From Mustelus asterias (lineage: Eukaryota), in contig NW_027590160.1 in NCBI RefSeq assembly GCF_964213995.1, positions 186,001 to 250,000 on the forward strand: a DNA stretch of 64,000 nt, in the 5' to 3' direction. Of this stretch, positions 11,122 through 23,779 are shown one piece after another. The position numbers and the translations under genes were made by a program. Positions within the stretch are counted from its first letter, which is position 1; every line of letters begins with the position of its first letter. Below the pieces are notes generated by a model. It made no database searches. It saw only the letters and a program-made list of their open reading frames with translations, and had not been told where the DNA came from.

Positions 11122-13995
11122 ATAAGAAGTCTCACAACACTAGGTTAAAGTCCACAAGGTTTATTTGGTAGCACAAGATTTCGGAGTGTTCCTCCTCCTT
11201 CAGGTGAGTGAAGAGTTGTGTTCACAAACAAGGCATACATCGAGACAGATTCAATTTACAAGATAATGGTTGGAATGCGAGTCTTTACAGGTAATCAAGT
11301 CTTTACAGGTACAGACAATGTGAGTGGAGAGAGGGTTAAGCACAGGTTAAAGAGGTGTGAATTGTCTCCAGCCAGGACAGTTAGTGAGATTTTGCAAGTC
11401 CAGGCAAGTCGTGGGGGTTACAGATAGTGTGACATGAACCCAAGGTCCCGGTTGAGGCCGTCCTCGTGTGCGGAACTTGGCTATCAGTTTTTGCTCGGCG
11501 ATTCTGCGTTGTCGTGTGTCGTGAAGGCTGCCTTGGAGAACGCTTACCTGAAGATCAGAGGCTGAATGCCCGTGACTGCTGAAGTGTTCCCCAATTGGAA
11601 GAGAACACTCCTGCCTGGTGATTGTCGAGGGGTGTTCATTCATCCGTTGTTGTAGCATCTGCATGGTCTCGCCAATGTACCATGCCTCGGGACATCCTTT
11701 CCTGCAGCGTATCAGGTAGACAACGTTGCCCGAGTCACAAGAGTATGTACCGTGTACCTGGTGGATGGTGTTCTCACGTGAGATAATGGCATCCGAGTCG
11801 ATCATCCAGCATGTCTTGCAGAGGTTGCTGTGGCAGGGTTGTATGGTGTCGTGGTCACTGTTCTCCTGAATGCTGGGTAGTTTGCTGCGGACAATGGTCT
11901 GTTTGAGGTTGTGCCGTTGTTTGAAGGCAAGATGTGGGGATGGCCTTGGCAAGATGTTCGTCTTCATCGATGACATGTTGAAGGCTCCAGAGAAGATAGC
12001 TTCTTGGCTCTGGGGAAGTACTGGACGAAGAAGGGTACTCTGTCTGCTGTGTCCCATGTTTGTCTTCTGAGGAGGTCGGCGTGGTTTTTCGCTGTGGTGC
12101 GTCAGAACTGTCGATCGATGAGTCAAGTGCCATATCCTGTTCTTCTGAGGGCGTCTGTATGTGTCTGTTGCGATCCTCCTCATCTGAGCAGATCCTGTGT
12201 TTAGGGAGGGCTTGTCCATAGGGGATGGCTTCTTTAACGTGTTTAGGGTGGAAGCTGGAGAAGTGGTGCATTGTGAGGTTATCCGTGGGCTTGCGGTACA
12301 GTGAAGTGCTGAGGTGACCGTCCTTGATGGAGATGCGTGTGTCCAAGAATGCAACTGATTCTGGAGAGTAGTCCATGGTGAGTCTGATGGTGGGATGGAC
12401 TTGTTGATGTCATCATATAGTTGTTTCAGTGATTCTTTGCCATGAGTCCAAAAGAAGAAGATGTCATCAAAGTATCTAGTGTACAGCATCAGTTGAAGGT
12501 GTTGTGCAGTGAAGAGGTCTTGTTCGAACCTGTGCATGAAGATGTTGGCATATTGAGATGTGAATTTGGTCCCCATGGCTGTTCCATGTGTCTGGATGAA
12601 GAACTGGTTGTTGAAGGTGAAGACATTGTGGTCCAGGATGAAGTGGATGAGTTGTAGAATTGCATCTGGAGATTGGCAGTTGTCGGCGTTGAGTACTGAG
12701 GCAGTTGCAGCAATATCATAATTGTGGGGGATGCTGGTGTAGAGTGCCGAGATATCCATTGTGACGAGGAGTGCTCCTGGTTTAACTGCTCCATGTGAGC
12801 TGAGTTTCTGTAGGAAGTCCATTGTGTCACGACAGAAGCTGGGGGGTCTTTGTACAATGGGTTTCAGGATACCCTCGATGTAGCTGGAGAGGTTCTCGCA
12901 CAGGGTCCCATTGCCTGAGATGATGGGACAACTGTGTGTGTGGCCTTGTGTATCTTCGGGAGGCAGTGGAGATCTCCAACATGGGGAGTACGTGGGATGA
13001 GAGTACGGAGGGTGCTCTGAAGGTCTGAATCAAAGGTTCTGAAGACTGTGGAAGAACAGAGAGATCTTGGGGTCCATATCCACAGATCTCTAAAGGTTGC
13101 CACTCAAGTGGATAGAGCTGTGAAGAAGGCCTATAGTGTGTTAGCTTTTATTAACAGGGGGTTGGAGTTTAAGAGCCGTGGGGTTATGCTGCAACTGTAC
13201 AGGACCTTGGTGAGACCACATTTGGAATATCGTGTGCAGTTCTGGTCACCTCACTATAAGAAGGATGTGGAAGTGCTGGAAAGAGTGCAGAGGAGATTTA
13301 CGAGGATGCTGCCTGGTTTGGAGGGTAGGTCTTATGAGGAAAGGTTGAGGGAGCTAGGGCTGTTCTCTCTGGAGCGGAGGAGGCTGAGGGGAGACTTAAT
13401 AGAGGTTTATAAAATGATGAAGGGGATACATAGAGTGAACGTTCAAAGACTATTTCCTCGGGTGGATGGAGCTATTACAAGGGGGCATAACTATAGGGTT
13501 TATGGTGGGAGATATAGGAAGGATATCAGAGGTAGGTTCTTTACGCAGAGAGTGGTTGGGGTGTGGAATGGACTGCCTGCAGTGATAGTGGAGTCAGACA
13601 CTTTAGGAACATTTAAGCGGTTATTGGATAGGCACATGGAGCACACCAAGATGATAGGGAGTGGGATAGCTTGATCTTGGTTTCAGATAAAGCTCGGCAC
13701 AACATCGTGGGCCGAAGGGCCTGTTCTGTGCTGTACTGTTCTATGTTCCAAACGTCTTGATCAGTCTGTTGAGTTGATGGGTGTGTCCTTTGGTCGGATC
13801 TGTGGATCACTGTCTGTAGTATTCCTTGTTGTTCAATGTTGGTACACTTCTTTGCAGTAATCCATTCTGTTCAGCATGACAGTGGCCCCTCCTTTGTCTG
13901 CTGGTTTGATGACAATGTTGTGGTTGGTCTTGAGAGTGCAGATGGCATTGCGTTGTGCTTGGGTGTCGTGAGAGTGGCTGATGAATCTGACATTG
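11122..13995 (-). mobile_element. Penelope-like retroelement, main arm (RT + GIY-YIG endonuclease), frameshifted
   Basis: LLVTMDISALYTSIPH, QTHGTAMG, YFDDIFFFW, FLDTRISI, YRKPTD, PCHSNLCKTC, VVYLIRC...WYIGET...RMNEH, IVIKPADKGGATV. Interrupted by a CR1 at 13040. Confidence 0.92.
13040..13748 (+). mobile_element. CR1 LINE 3' fragment nested in the PLE
   Basis: 208-aa ORF EQRDLGV...LVRPHLEY...FFTQRVV, near-identical to the copy at 29502-30856. Imperfect flanking repeat CAAAGGT/CAAACGT. Confidence 0.93.
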
Positions 13996-15874
13996 ACGCA
14001 CCTCAAACAGACCATTGTCCGCAGAAAAATACCCAGCCTTCAGGAGTGACCAAGACACCACACAACCCTGCCACAGCAACCCCTGCAAAACGTGCCGGAT
14101 CATCGACAAGGATACCATCATCTCACGTGAGAACACCAACCACCAAGTACACGGTACATACTCTTGCGACTCAGCCAACGTTGTCTACCTGATACAATGC
14201 AGGAAAGGATATCCTGAGGCGTGCTACATTGGCGAGACCATGCGGACGCTATGACAATGGATGAATGAACACTGCTCGACAATCACCAGGCAGGAGTGTT
14301 CTCTTCCTGTCGGGGAACACTCACGGGCATTCAACCTCTGATCTTCGGGTAATTATTCTCCAAGGCGGCCTTCACGACACACGACAACGCAGAATCGCCG
14401 AGCAAGAACTGATAGCCAAGTTCTGCACACATGAGGACGGCCTCAACCGGGATCTTGGGTTCATGTTACACTACCTGTTGCCTCCATGACTTGCCTGGGC
14501 TTGCAAAATCTCAGTAACTGTCCTGGCTGGAGACAATTCACACCTCTTTAACCTGTGCTTAACCCTCTCTCCACTCACATTGTCTGTACCTGTAAAGACT
14601 TGATTACCTGTAAAGACTCGCATTCCAACCATTATCTTCTAAATTGAGTCTGTGTCTATGAATGCCCTGTTTGTGAACACATCTCTTCACTCACCTGAAG
14701 GAGGAACACTCCGAAAGCCTGTGCTACCAAATAAACCTGTTGGACTTTAACCTGGTGTTGTGAGACCATAAGACCATAAGACCATAAGACATAGGAGCGG
14801 AAGTAAGGCCATTCGGCCCATCGAGTCCACTCCACCATTCAATCATGGTTGATTTCAACTCCATTTACCCGCTCTCTCCCCATAGCCCTTAATTCCTCGA
14901 GAAATCAAGAATTTATCAATTTCTGTCTTGAAGACGCTCAACGTCTCGGCCTCCACAGCCTTCTGTGGCAATGAATTCCACAGACCTACCACTCTCTGGC
15001 TGAAGAAATTTCTCCTCATCTCTGTTCTAAAGTGACTCCCTTTTATTCTAAGGCTGTGCCCCCGCGTCCTAGTCTCCCCTGCTAATGGAAACAACTTCCC
15101 TACGTCCATCCTACCTAAGCCGTTCATTATCTTGTAAGTTTCTATTAGATCTCCCCTCAACCTCCTAAACTCCAATGAATATAATCCCACGATCCTCAGA
15201 CGTTCATCGTACGTCAGGCCTACCATTCCTGGGATCATCCGTGTGAATCTCCGCTGGACCCGCTCCAGTGCCAGTATGTCCTTCCTGAGGTGTGGGGCCC
15301 AAAATTGCTCACAGTACTCCAAATGGGGCCTAACCAGTGCTTTATAAAGCCTCAGAAGTACATCCCTGCTTTTGTATTCCAAGCCTCTTGAGATAAATGA
15401 CAACATTACATTTGCTTTCTTAATTACGGACTCAACCTGCAAGTTTACCTTTAGAGAATCCTGGACTAGGACTCCCAAGTCCCTTTGCACTTTAGCATTA
15501 TGAATTTTGTCACCGTTTAGAAAATAGTCCATGCCTCTATTCTTTTTTCCAAAGTGCAAGACCTCGCACTTGCCCACGTTGAATTTCATCAGCCACTTCT
15601 TGGACCACTCTCCTAAACTGTCTAAATCTTTCTGCAGCCTCACCACCTCCTCAATGGTACCTGCCCCTCCACCTATCTTTGTATCATCGGCAAACTTGGC
15701 CAGAATGCCCCCAGTCCCGTCATCCAGATCGTTAATATATAAAGAGAACAGCTGTGGCCCCAACACTGAACCCTGCGGGACACCACTTGTCACCGGTTGC
15801 CATTCTGAGAAAGAACCTTTTATCCCAACCTCTTACTGTGTTTACCCCAGTCCAATGCCGGCATCTCCACATCA
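13996..15874 (+). mobile_element. Penelope-like element, inverted second arm (GIY-YIG end + pseudo-LTR), split by a CR1
   Basis: Reverse complement of 11122-11910. After the CR1 it resumes TCTTACTGTGTTTACCCCAGTCC...CACATCA. 12-bp TSD CGATTGAACCCA at 11110-11121 and 15875-15886. Confidence 0.9.
14767..15829 (-). mobile_element. CR1 LINE, 5'-truncated, nested in the PLE pseudo-LTR
   Basis: 312-aa ORF 14855-15793 ([17 protein letters not shown]); (CTTATGGT)n tail. Confidence 0.95.
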
Positions 15875-16074
15875 CGATTGAACCCAGCCAGAATCAGCAC
15901 CATCAAGGAAGGAGAGGAGAAACGGTATAAAAGCTTTGATATCTCTGTGTGGGATCCACAGCAGAACTTTCAGAAATGGAGTACAGCAGATCACCAATTC
16001 ACAATATTTTGTTAATTTATCTCAAATGTTAACAATTTTATTTTGTCTTAACTCTTTGAGATTTCAATGGTGCA

Positions 16075-16440
16075 GTTATCACCCAGCATTCGCTGCGGGT
16101 GTGAAAGTGCCCTATTCACTCCACAGGAGGCCAGTACGCCGGCGCGGTGCTGTCTCTGGCGCATGCGTTGTGTCACTTTGCTCGGAGCCCTGCGAGTGAG
16201 GGAGATGCTATTTTTTTAGCGGGTGAAAATCGGTGGGGCGGAGGGAGGAATGGAGCCGGGAGTCGGGGTGGGGAGGGAGCGGAGGCTTCACAAACACCCG
16301 CTGTAGAACGCAAGGGCCGAATAAGAGCCTGCGGGTCCCGGGTTTGCGGGGATTTTATCCAAGATCAGGCCCAGTGCAGCGGTCGCCATCTTTGTTCCGT
16401 GGGGAGCAGGGCGCATGCGCGGTCAGTGGGCGGAGCTAAA
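16075..16440 (+). promoter_or_regulatory. CpG-rich promoter/first exon (type-2 ZNF module), probably for ZNF-B
   Basis: ZNF143/Staf-like ATCACCCAGCATTCGCTGCG, NRF1 GCGCATGCG twice, YY1 CGCCATCTT, GC boxes. Inverted paralog at 23780-24065. Confidence 0.65.
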
Positions 16441-16647
16441 CCAGACAATGCTGGACAACCCCGCAGGTCTGACAGCTTCTGTGGGGAGAAATTTGAATAG
16501 AGGCTATGTTTCCAGTCTGGATGAGCCTTCGTCACAGCTAAGGGGAAAGAGAATCAGAAAAGATTCATACTATGAGGAGGGGGAGTGGAATGGGACAAAG
16601 GGAATGGAAATGAGGATAAAGGCGGCTGAGAAGTTGCTAAATATCAG

Positions 16648-16945
16648 AGAATCATAGAATCCTACAGTGCAGAAGGCGGCCATTTGGCCCATCGAGTCTG
16701 CACCAACCACAATCCCACCCAAGCCCTATCCCCATAACCCTATGCACTTACCAAGCTAGTCTCCCTAACACTAAGGGGCAATTTAGCATGGCCAATCCAC
16801 CTAACCTGCACATCTTTGGACTGTGGGAGGAAACCCCGTAGACATGGGGAGAATGTGCAAACTCCGCACAGACAGTGACCCAAGCTGGGAATCGAACCCA
16901 GGTCCCTGGCGCTGTGAGACAGCAGTGCTAACCACTGTGCCGGCC
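16648..16945 (-). mobile_element. HE1-type SINE
   Basis: Full head and tail similarity to other copies. Confidence 0.8.
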
Positions 16946-18004
16946 ACGGTGCCACAGTGGTTAGCACTGTCCATTAAGAGATCAAAATATTTTGACAGAG
17001 GTATAGATGGTTAAGGCAGTTGGCCTGGAGGGGGGAGGCACAAGAAGGAGAGCGGGAATAGGGAAGTGGAAAAATGGAAGAGAGAAAGAAGAATGATATA
17101 AATGGATGAGTGAGATGAAAAGATGACACAAAATTAAATAAAACTAATGGAAATTCGGTGATGGTGGAGGGGAGAGTTCACGCTTTAAAGTTGTTCACTC
17201 AATATTCAATTCGGAAGGTTGTAAAGTGCCCATTCAGACGATGAGGTACTGTCCTTTTGGTTTGCTTTGGGGTTCACTTGAACAATGCAAAAGGCCAAGG
17301 ATGGACGTGTGGACAGGAAGTCAGGGTGGTGTGTTCAAGTGGCAAGCATCTTTGTCTTCGAGCTTTATTTTTATATGACCTGCTGTTCTAGATTCACCGT
17401 TGAGGAGAAACATCCTTTCAGGACTTATTTTGTCAAGCACCCAGATAATCTTTTATGCTTCAATAAGTTCATCTCTCATTTCTCTAAAATTCAATGATTA
17501 TGGATGCACCCTGCCCAAACTTTCTTCATAAAACAAACCCATTTGTGCCCCGAATCAGCTGAGTGGACCTTGTCTGAACTACTCCCAATGTAAACATATT
17601 GATCTTAAGTAATCTTACATCAGGAAACAGGAGGAGAGAATATTCCATATTTCTATCCTGGACTGAATGATGGATTTTGGAAACTCCTTTTCCAGGGGTT
17701 TAGAAGGGGAGGATTTACACACCAATCTCAAACGAAGAAAAATGTTTATCTCGTAATTTCAAACCATAGTTGACGTATGACTCTTGTAATCTGCTTTTAC
17801 AGGGAGTTAGAGGATTTAGAGGCTGCAATTTGTCTCTGACTCCAGTGCTTCTGACATCTTTCCAGCTGCAGGCTCCAGCAGCAAGTTTAAATTTGAAAAC
17901 AGTGGAATTGTTCCAGAGGTGAGTATTATTGAACACTCATCTACAGTTCAGAATTGTTAGTGCTGTGCTCTGTTATCTGAGCGAGATTCCATGGCTCTGG
18001 GGCT

Positions 18005-18202
18005 GGTGTGATTCACCAGCAAGTTCACACTGAGGAAAGGCCGTTCACCTGCATTGTGTGTGGGAAGGGATTCAGTCGGTCATTCCACCTGCTGACACAT
18101 CGGTGAGTTCACGTTGGTGAGGGGCCATTTACCTGTTCTGACTATGGAAAGGGATTCACTCAGTCATTGCACCTGCTGAGACACCAGCGAGTTCACAAGT
18201 GA
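18005..18202 (+). pseudogene. Two-finger ZNF relic
   Basis: [32 protein letters not shown]...HQRVHK* with the family 3' motif. Confidence 0.75.
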
Positions 18203-18721
18203 TGACAAGGGTTGGATTCTGCTGTTATTGCTGCTGTTAATCACATCCAGGATTGAATCACGTTCATTTATCCGAGTCATCAGTGCAGACTTGATGGGCT
18301 GAAGAGCCTCTTTCTGCTCTGCAGGGATTCTACTGGTTCTTAAAATTCTGTATGAATTGAACATAATTTCACTATTTCTGATTTCTGTACATCTGGAGAT
18401 AAATTCCACTCTTTTGTGAGCATTTTGATTGATTTCCTGACTCGCTATGATATTTTAAACTCATTATTCACTTTAAGCCAGTGAGGAAAGAATGTTCCAC
18501 AGCAACTAGGATTGTCTGTGCTGAGTTTCTGAGCTGTACTGACTGTGATGACATTTGTAAACTCCTTTTACAGGATATTAAAAGGGGAGGATTTGCCAAC
18601 AGAAATCTCAAACAAAACTTCACATCAAGCTCTAATGGAGTCACTCATTAGGAGAGGGAAACCATTGCCTGTTTAACCATCAGAGTGACAGGAAAAGCAC
18701 CAAGACGCAGACACCCACAGC

Positions 18722-19480
18722 ATGGGAAAACCATGGAAATGTGGGGATTGTGGAAAGGGATTCAGATTCCCGTCTGTGCTGGAAACACATCGACGCAGTC
18801 ACACTGGGGAGAAACCGTTCACCTGCTCCGTGTGTGGGAAAGGATTCGGAGATTCCTCCACCCTGCTGACACACCAGAGAGTTCACACTGGGGAGAGACC
18901 GTTCACCTGCTCCAATTGTGGGAAAGGATTCAATCAGTCTTCCAACTTGCTGAAACACCAGCGAGTTCACACTGGGGAGAGACTGTTCACCTGTTCCAGT
19001 TGTGGGAAGGGATTCACTCAGTCATCCCATCTGCTGACGCACCAGCGCGTTCACACTGGAGAGAAGCCGTTCACCTGCTCCGTGTGTGGGAAAGGATTCG
19101 GAGATTCCTCCAGCCTGCTGAGACACAAGAGAGTTCACACTGGGGAGAGACCATTCATCTGCTCCAATTGTGGGAAGGGATTCTCTCGGTCATCCACCCT
19201 GCTGACACACCAGTGAGTTCACACTGGGGAGAAACCATTCACCTGCTGTGTGTGTGGAAAGGGGTTCACTCAGTCATCCCATCTGCTGACACACCAGCGA
19301 GTTCACACTGGGGAGAGACCATTCACCTGCTCCAACTGTGGGAAGGGATTCACTCAGTTATGCACCCAGCTCTCACACCAGCGAGTCCACACTGGAGAGA
19401 AGCCATTTACCTGCTCTGTGTGTGGGAAGGGATTCACTCAGTTATCCAGCTTGCTGAAACACCAACGAATTCACAAGTGA
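18722..19480 (+). pseudogene. ZNF-B, nine-finger array with premature TGA in finger 6 (truncated gene or young pseudogene)
   Basis: ORF 18722-19216 ends HQ* where paralogous fingers have CAG CGA. The same frame continues through three more intact fingers to TGA at 19480. Confidence 0.85.
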
Positions 19481-19914
19481 TGACAGGGGTTGGATTCTGC
19501 TCTTATTGCTGCTGTAAATCATATCCAGGACTGAAGCATGTTCATTCTAACAGTTGGTGAAGTGGGAGGGTCAGAGGGTTTCTTGCTGCTGGACTGGCCA
19601 GTCTCAATTTTCATTCCAGTGGCTGATTCCCTTTGAGCGAGGGCACATTTCCACTGAAATGATCCACAAAAGCAGGTGTCAGATGAGACTGAGATGAGGA
19701 AAAAATTCTTAACTCAAAGGACAGTGAACGTGGGGAATTCTCTACCACAGAAGGCTGTGGCATCCAAATCACTGAAAATATTCAAGGAAGAGATAATTTT
19801 TGTTTTAGATTTTAACGGCTTCAGGTGGTGTGGGGAGAATATGGCATTGAGATCGAGGATCAGCCATGATCATATTGAATGGTGGATCAGACTCGAATGG
19901 CCTGCTCCTAGTTT

Positions 19915-20247
19915 CATAGAAATCATAGAAACCCTACAGTGCAGAAGGAGGCCATTCGGCCCATCGAGTCTGCACCGACCACAATCCCACCCAGGCCCTA
20001 CCCCCACATATTTTACCCGCTAATCCCTCTAACCTACGCATCCCAGGACTCTAAGGGACAATTTTTAACCTGGCCAATCAACCTAACTCGCACATCTTTG
20101 GACTGTGGGAGGAAACCGGAGCGCCCGGAGGAAACCCACGCAGACACGAGGAGAATGTGCAAACTCCACACAGACAGTGACCCGAGCCGGGAATCGAACC
20201 CGGGACCCTGGAGCTGTGAAGCAGCAGTGCTAACCACTGTGCCACCC
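19915..20247 (-). mobile_element. HE1-type SINE, full length, young
   Basis: Near-identical to 37495-37837 and 39338-39675. Confidence 0.85.
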
Positions 20248-20339
20248 TATAGAGTACTATTAATTTTATACTCTAATTCTATAGAGTACATTAATTTTAT
20301 CCTGAATAATAAATAGTCTTTTTCCTATCACGACAGGTG

Positions 20340-20870
20340 TCTTGTCTTTCATCTGTCCTCGTTCTCAGGGTTGGCCGCACTCTGAACAATTTTTCTCCAC
20401 TGATTTCTCAGCTGCTCTCACTGCCTGTCCCATCGAGAGGCCGGTCCACATTCTGATATTATCCACCCGTGCCATCTTGGGCCTTCCTTGAACACATTTT
20501 CCAGGTGTTCTGTCTCACACGACCTCTTTTTCCAAACACTCCCTCCCTATTCACAACATGTCCAAAATAGGTGAGCTTCCGGGATGTGAGAGCCTCAGAC
20601 AGGTTCCGGTGAACACCAGCTTTCTCCAGCACTCACTCATTCACCCACTTTGCCGTCCGTGACACACGGAATATCCGTCCGAGTCCTTTCATTTCAAACA
20701 CTTTTATTGGAGCCTCGTCACTCTTATTGATAGTCCAGCTTTCACAGACACACATTGTCACCGGCCACATAAGGGCTTTGAGAAGATGAATGTTCATTGT
20801 AACCGAGTTGCTGGGGCTGCTCCGCACTGTTTTCACTGAGATCACAACACCATGACTCTTAATTCTGACC
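20340..20870 (-). mobile_element. RTE-clade LINE 3' fragment
   Basis: CESWTINKSDEAPIKVFEMKGLGRIFRVS resembles the RTE/BovB C-terminal motif YGCESWT...AFEM..RRILRIS. Confidence 0.7.
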
Positions 20871-21084
20871 TGAATTTGATAGATTCTGCATTTACTACTG
20901 CACTGGAACTAAAATAAATATATTTGTCTCTGTTCCAGTGAGTCTCCAGCACAGGGCCGGGCCAGTCGGCTGAATTGGTCTGTGTCAGCATTTCTGCTCC
21001 AAATGAGCCTCCACCCACCCCTCTTCATCTCCCCCCATCAGCATATCCTTCTATTCCTTTCTCCCTCATGTATGTATCTAGCTT

Positions 21085-21470
21085 CGAGTGCAGATGGGAC
21101 AAGGAATCCCTTTGCACATTCCCCACATTTCCATGGTTTTGCCATGTCTCTCCAGGTTGGACAATCAGTCAAAGCCTCGTCCACACACACAACACGTGGA
21201 CAGTTTTTCCTCGCTGTGAACGGTGTGATGTTTTTTCAGGCTGTGTAATTGGTCAAAGGTCTTTCCAGTCAGTTCACTGGGACACACTCACCTGGATGTA
21301 CGTGTCTCTGTGTTTTTCAGTCACACTGATGTTTGAAAACTTCAGAAGGTGACAGAACAGACAAGATTTCTTCTTCTAGGTTCAAATCAAATGATTTTCA
21401 GGTTCTGATGAATCAAACGCTTCTGTCAAATCTTGACCTGTTTTGTTTAGATTTTTATCTGAAAATCCTT
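21085..21470 (-). pseudogene. Truncated ZNF pseudogene (leader fingers and start of first finger)
   Basis: Minus strand TGKTFDQLHSLKKHHTVHSEEKLSTCCVCGRGFD*LSNLERH, then KPWKCGEC. Homologous to 33167-33480; disrupted by a CR1. Confidence 0.75.
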
Positions 21471-21471
21471 C

Positions 21472-22616
21472 CATAGAACCATAGAAAATTACAGCTCAGA
21501 AACAGGCCTTTTGGCCCTTCTTGTCTGTGCCGAACCATTTTTTGCCTAGTCCCACTGACCTGCACTTGGACCATATCCCTCCACACCCCTCTCATCCATG
21601 AACCCGTCCAAGTTTTTCTTAAATGTTAAAAGCATTTACCACTTTATCCGGCAGCTCATTCCACACTTCCACCACTCTCTGCGTGAAGAAGCCCCCCCTA
21701 ATATTCCCTTTGAACTTTTCTCCTTTCACCCTTAACCCATGCCCTCTGGTTTTTTTCTCCGCTAGCCTCAGCGGAAAAAGCCTGCTTGCATTCACTCTAT
21801 CTATACCCATCAAAATCTTATACACCTCTAACAAATCTCCCCTCAATCTTCTACGCTCCAGGGAATAAAGTCCCAACCTATTCAATCTCTCTCTGTAACT
21901 CAGCTTCTCAAGTCCCGGCAACATCCTTGTGAACCTTCTCTGCACTCTTTCAACCTTATTTACATCCTTCCTGTAACTAGGTGACCAAAACTGTACACAA
22001 TACTCCAAATTTGGCCTCACCAATGCCTTATATAACCTTACCATAACACTCCAACTTTTATACTCAATACTCCGATTTATAAAGGCCAATGTACCAAAGG
22101 CACTCTTTACGACCCTATCCACCTGTGACATCACTTTTAGGGAATTCTGTACCTGTATTCCCAGATCCCTCTGTTCAACTGCACTCTTCAGAGTCCTACC
22201 ATTTACCCTGTATGTTCTACTTTGGTTTGTCCTTCCAAAGTGCAATATCTCACACTTGTCTGCGTTAAATTCCATTTGCCATTTTTCAGCCCATTTTTCT
22301 AGTTGGTCCAAATCCCTCTGCAAGCTTTGAAAACCTTCCTCACTGTCAACTACACCTCCAATCTTTGTATCATCAGCAAACATGGTTGAATAATTTTCAA
22401 CAGAAATTAGAATTGTTTGTTCTGAATTTCTATCCTGTACCTGCAGTGGTAACTTTTGCAAACTCCTTTTCCAGGATATTTGAAGGGAAGGGAATTCTAT
22501 TCTAATTCTATGGTGATCCAATTTACCACATTATCATCCAGATCATTGATATAGATGACAAACAACAATGGACCCAACACCGATCCCTGCGGCACACTAC
22601 TAGTCACAGGCCTCCA
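21472..22616 (-). mobile_element. CR1 LINE, 5'-truncated, containing an inverted copy of flanking host DNA
   Basis: RT frame FADDTKIGG...FFTQRVV (21619-22381) and [14 protein letters not shown] (22505-22615), separated by host-derived 22389-22496. Confidence 0.92.
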
Positions 22617-22724
22617 AATTCCCTTCCCTTCAAATATCCTGGAAAAGGAGTTTGCAAAAGTTACCACTGCAGGTACAGGATAGAAATTCAGAACAAACAA
22701 TTCTAATTTCTGTTGAAAATTATT
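22389..22724. repeat. 108-bp inverted repeat (22389-22496 / 22617-22724), 120-bp spacer
   Basis: The arms read as exact reverse complements by eye. Confidence 0.9.
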
Positions 22725-22951
22725 TCCTCTCCTATTTCCAAAAACCACGACATCTCCATCCCATACACTCTTTCCACTCCCCCCCCCCCCCCCCCCCCAC
22801 CCCCCCCACCGATCCTCACTCTGTTCCAATCCTCACTCTGCTCTTCCAAATATTCACCTTCCTAATTCTGGTGGTGCTAATTCATGCTGACTGACAGAAA
22901 AAGTCTCCTGTTCCGGGCAAAGAGACCCAAAATTTTCATTGATGCTGCTGG

Positions 22952-22952
22952 A

Positions 22953-23001
<49 letters not shown>
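22952..23001. repeat. (CT)n(AT)n microsatellite
   Basis: Seen directly. Confidence 0.95.
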
Positions 23002-23006
<5 letters not shown>

Positions 23007-23481
23007 AAATCTGAACATTTTGTGGTGTAAAAATGCATTTAGACTGTATTACAGTATTACATAATTAGAAATGAAGAAAGTTTATGAACAAGAACATTGT
23101 CTAAGCAGTGAGGGCTATGACTTGGAACTTACTGCCTACACGGAAAGTATATGTGGAGATGATCAGTGATTTCAAAATGAAATTGGATGGACAATTGAAA
23201 GAAATAAACTTGCAGCGGAACAGTGAAGTAGAGGGAGAGGTGGATTGCTCGAGTCAACGTGGATTCGAGTTGTCGAATGGAATCTTTCTATGCCATAATG
23301 ACACTTTAAAGTAATAAATTACGCAGCTATGAGCTGCAAGGCTCATCTAAGTGTGATAAATAAAGACTATATAACTATAGTCTTTAGCTGTGTGCTATAT
23401 AACAACCAGAGTGACGGATATTTCAGGGACACAGACATGACCATGCATGCGCTCTGTTGTCCAAGATGGTGGTCGCTAACC

Positions 23482-23753
23482 TAGAATCATAGAATCCTAC
23501 AGTGCAGGAGGAGGCCATTTGGCCCATTGAGTCTGCAGGCCCTATCCCCATATAACCCCATGCATTTACCCTAGCTGGTCCCCCTGATACTAAGGGGCAA
23601 TTTATCATGGCCAATCCACCTAATCCACACATCTTTGGACTGTGGGAGGAAACCGGAGCACCCGGAGGAAACCCACACAGACAGTGACCCAAGCCGGGAA
23701 TTGAACCCGGGTCCCTTATGCTGTGAGGCAGCAGTGCTAACCACTGTGCCACC
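23482..23753 (-). mobile_element. HE1-type SINE with internal deletions
   Basis: Head and CTATGATTCTA tail present. Confidence 0.8.
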
Positions 23754-23779
23754 TGGGCCAGTGCCCAGGAGTGAATCCC

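Noticed and set aside
18685-19560. 291-aa ORF with HWGET repeats, and similar ORFs at 3271, 32413, 48237 and 55813
   Set aside because: These are shifted-frame shadows of the repetitive zinc-finger codons.
22779-22807. Long C run and nearby CA/AT microsatellites
   Set aside because: Ordinary simple repeats; homopolymer length may be a sequencing artefact.
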